Origin: Clostridia bacterium | GTDB taxonomy: Bacteria > Bacillota > Clostridia > Oscillospirales > CAG-272 | Assembly (NCBI GenBank): GCA_017452665.1 | Contig: JAFTLZ010000104.1 | Span: 1 to 44,984 of the forward strand | Length of the DNA stretch: 44,984 nucleotides | Direction of reading: 5' to 3' | Part shown: piece by piece, positions 44,263 through 44,984 of the stretch | Numbering within the stretch: the first letter of the stretch is position 1 | Layout: each line of letters begins with the position of its first letter | Notes under the pieces: generated by a model | What the model saw: the letters and a program-made list of their open reading frames with translations, nothing else | What the model was told of the DNA's origin: nothing | The model's database searches: none | Program-made: the position numbers and the translations under genes

Positions 44263-44934
44263 TTATGCCTGATAAGGATGCTCTTGTGCCACTTCGTGCA
44301 TCGCGGCAATCACTGCACGCGGGTGTTTTGCGTGGAAAATTGCAGACCCGGCAACGATAATATTTGCACCCGCCTCGGTTGCAAGCGCGATATTATCCGG
44401 CTTCAAGCCGCCGTCTACTTCAATATCCAGCTTTAATTGCTGACTGTCTGCGTAACGGCGAATGGTACGCACCTTTTCCAGCGTTTCGGGGATCAATGCC
44501 TGTCCGCCAAAGCCGGGAACTACGGTCATCACCAGCGCCATATCAATTTCGGATAAGTAGGGCATGATCCTTTCCACGGGAGTCGCAGGCGAAATAGCAA
44601 GCCCGCAACGCACCTCCCTTGCACGAATGGCACGGATGGTTTTTTCGGGATCGGAGCAGCTCTCCAGATGTACTGTAATGATATCGGCTCCCGCCTTGAT
44701 AAAGTCATCTAAATAACGAATTGGTTCATTGATCATCAGATGAACATCAAAAATCAATTTGCTGTGTGGGCGCAGTGCGGCGATTACCGGTGCACCAAAG
44801 CTGATATTGGGAACAAACGCACCATCCATTACGTCCAGATGCAGGTAGTTTGCACCCGCGTCTGCCATGCGTTTGACCTCAGTTGCCAGGTGGGCAAAGT
44901 CAGCCGCCAACAAAGAGGGAGCGATATAAATCAT
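44263..44934 (-). CDS. rpe: ribulose-phosphate 3-epimerase
   Basis: IAPSLLAADF, HLDVMDG.FVPNISFG, DVHLM, MTVVPGFGGQ, EVDGG, VAGSAIF. Confidence 0.97.
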   Translation of the reverse strand: MIYIAPSLLAADFAHLATEVKRMADAGANYLHLDVMDGAFVPNISFGAPVIAALRPHSKLIFDVHLMINEPIRYLDDFIKAGADIITVHLESCSDPEKTIRAIRAREVRCGLAISPATPVERIMPYLSEIDMALVMTVVPGFGGQALIPETLEKVRTIRRYADSQQLKLDIEVDGGLKPDNIALATEAGANIIVAGSAIFHAKHPRAVIAAMHEVAQEHPYQA

Positions 44935-44984
44935 AAGACAGAATCCTTTCTGAAATATTTGGCGAATCTTGTCACATTTTGAAA

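Overview
Chromosomal region of a spore-forming Firmicute, most likely Clostridia (inferred from sigma-A promoters, AGGAG RBSs and SpoIVFB-, YetF- and Amidase_6-like genes). No rRNA, tRNA, CRISPR array, transposase or integrase was recognised. Left to right: an AraC-controlled hexuronate operon (GH2 hexuronidase, uxaB, uxaA, beta-propeller, esterase, uxaC, TIM-barrel epimerase); a VanZ gene plus a VTC / DUF4956 / Cthe_2159 lipoprotein operon; a nucleotidyltransferase; a second AraC/GH2 pair; a 182-bp palindromic REP/MITE-like element; an M50 protease, a LURP-one-like protein and a hydrolase; potABCD (potB has an in-frame TAA) followed by two COG0523-related genes; DUF421. The 28-37 kb accessory stretch holds the best candidates for new biology: a ~330-nt ORF-less structured segment between a sigma-K-like promoter and a terminator; an XRE/membrane-protein operon behind a leader with twin identical-loop hairpins, a 20-codon uORF and a terminator; an 843-aa ECF sigma factor with a duplicated C-terminal domain and an internal RBS/ATG; and an AT-rich operon of a membrane protein plus two MutS-ATPase-only proteins. 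The window ends with reverse rubrerythrin, a D,D-carboxypeptidase, an amidase-domain protein, MgtC plus a cation/proton antiporter, an AEC transporter, a second epimerase and rpe. All calls come from reading motifs by eye. No database search or folding computation was run, and several starts were moved from the ORF track to RBS-supported codons.
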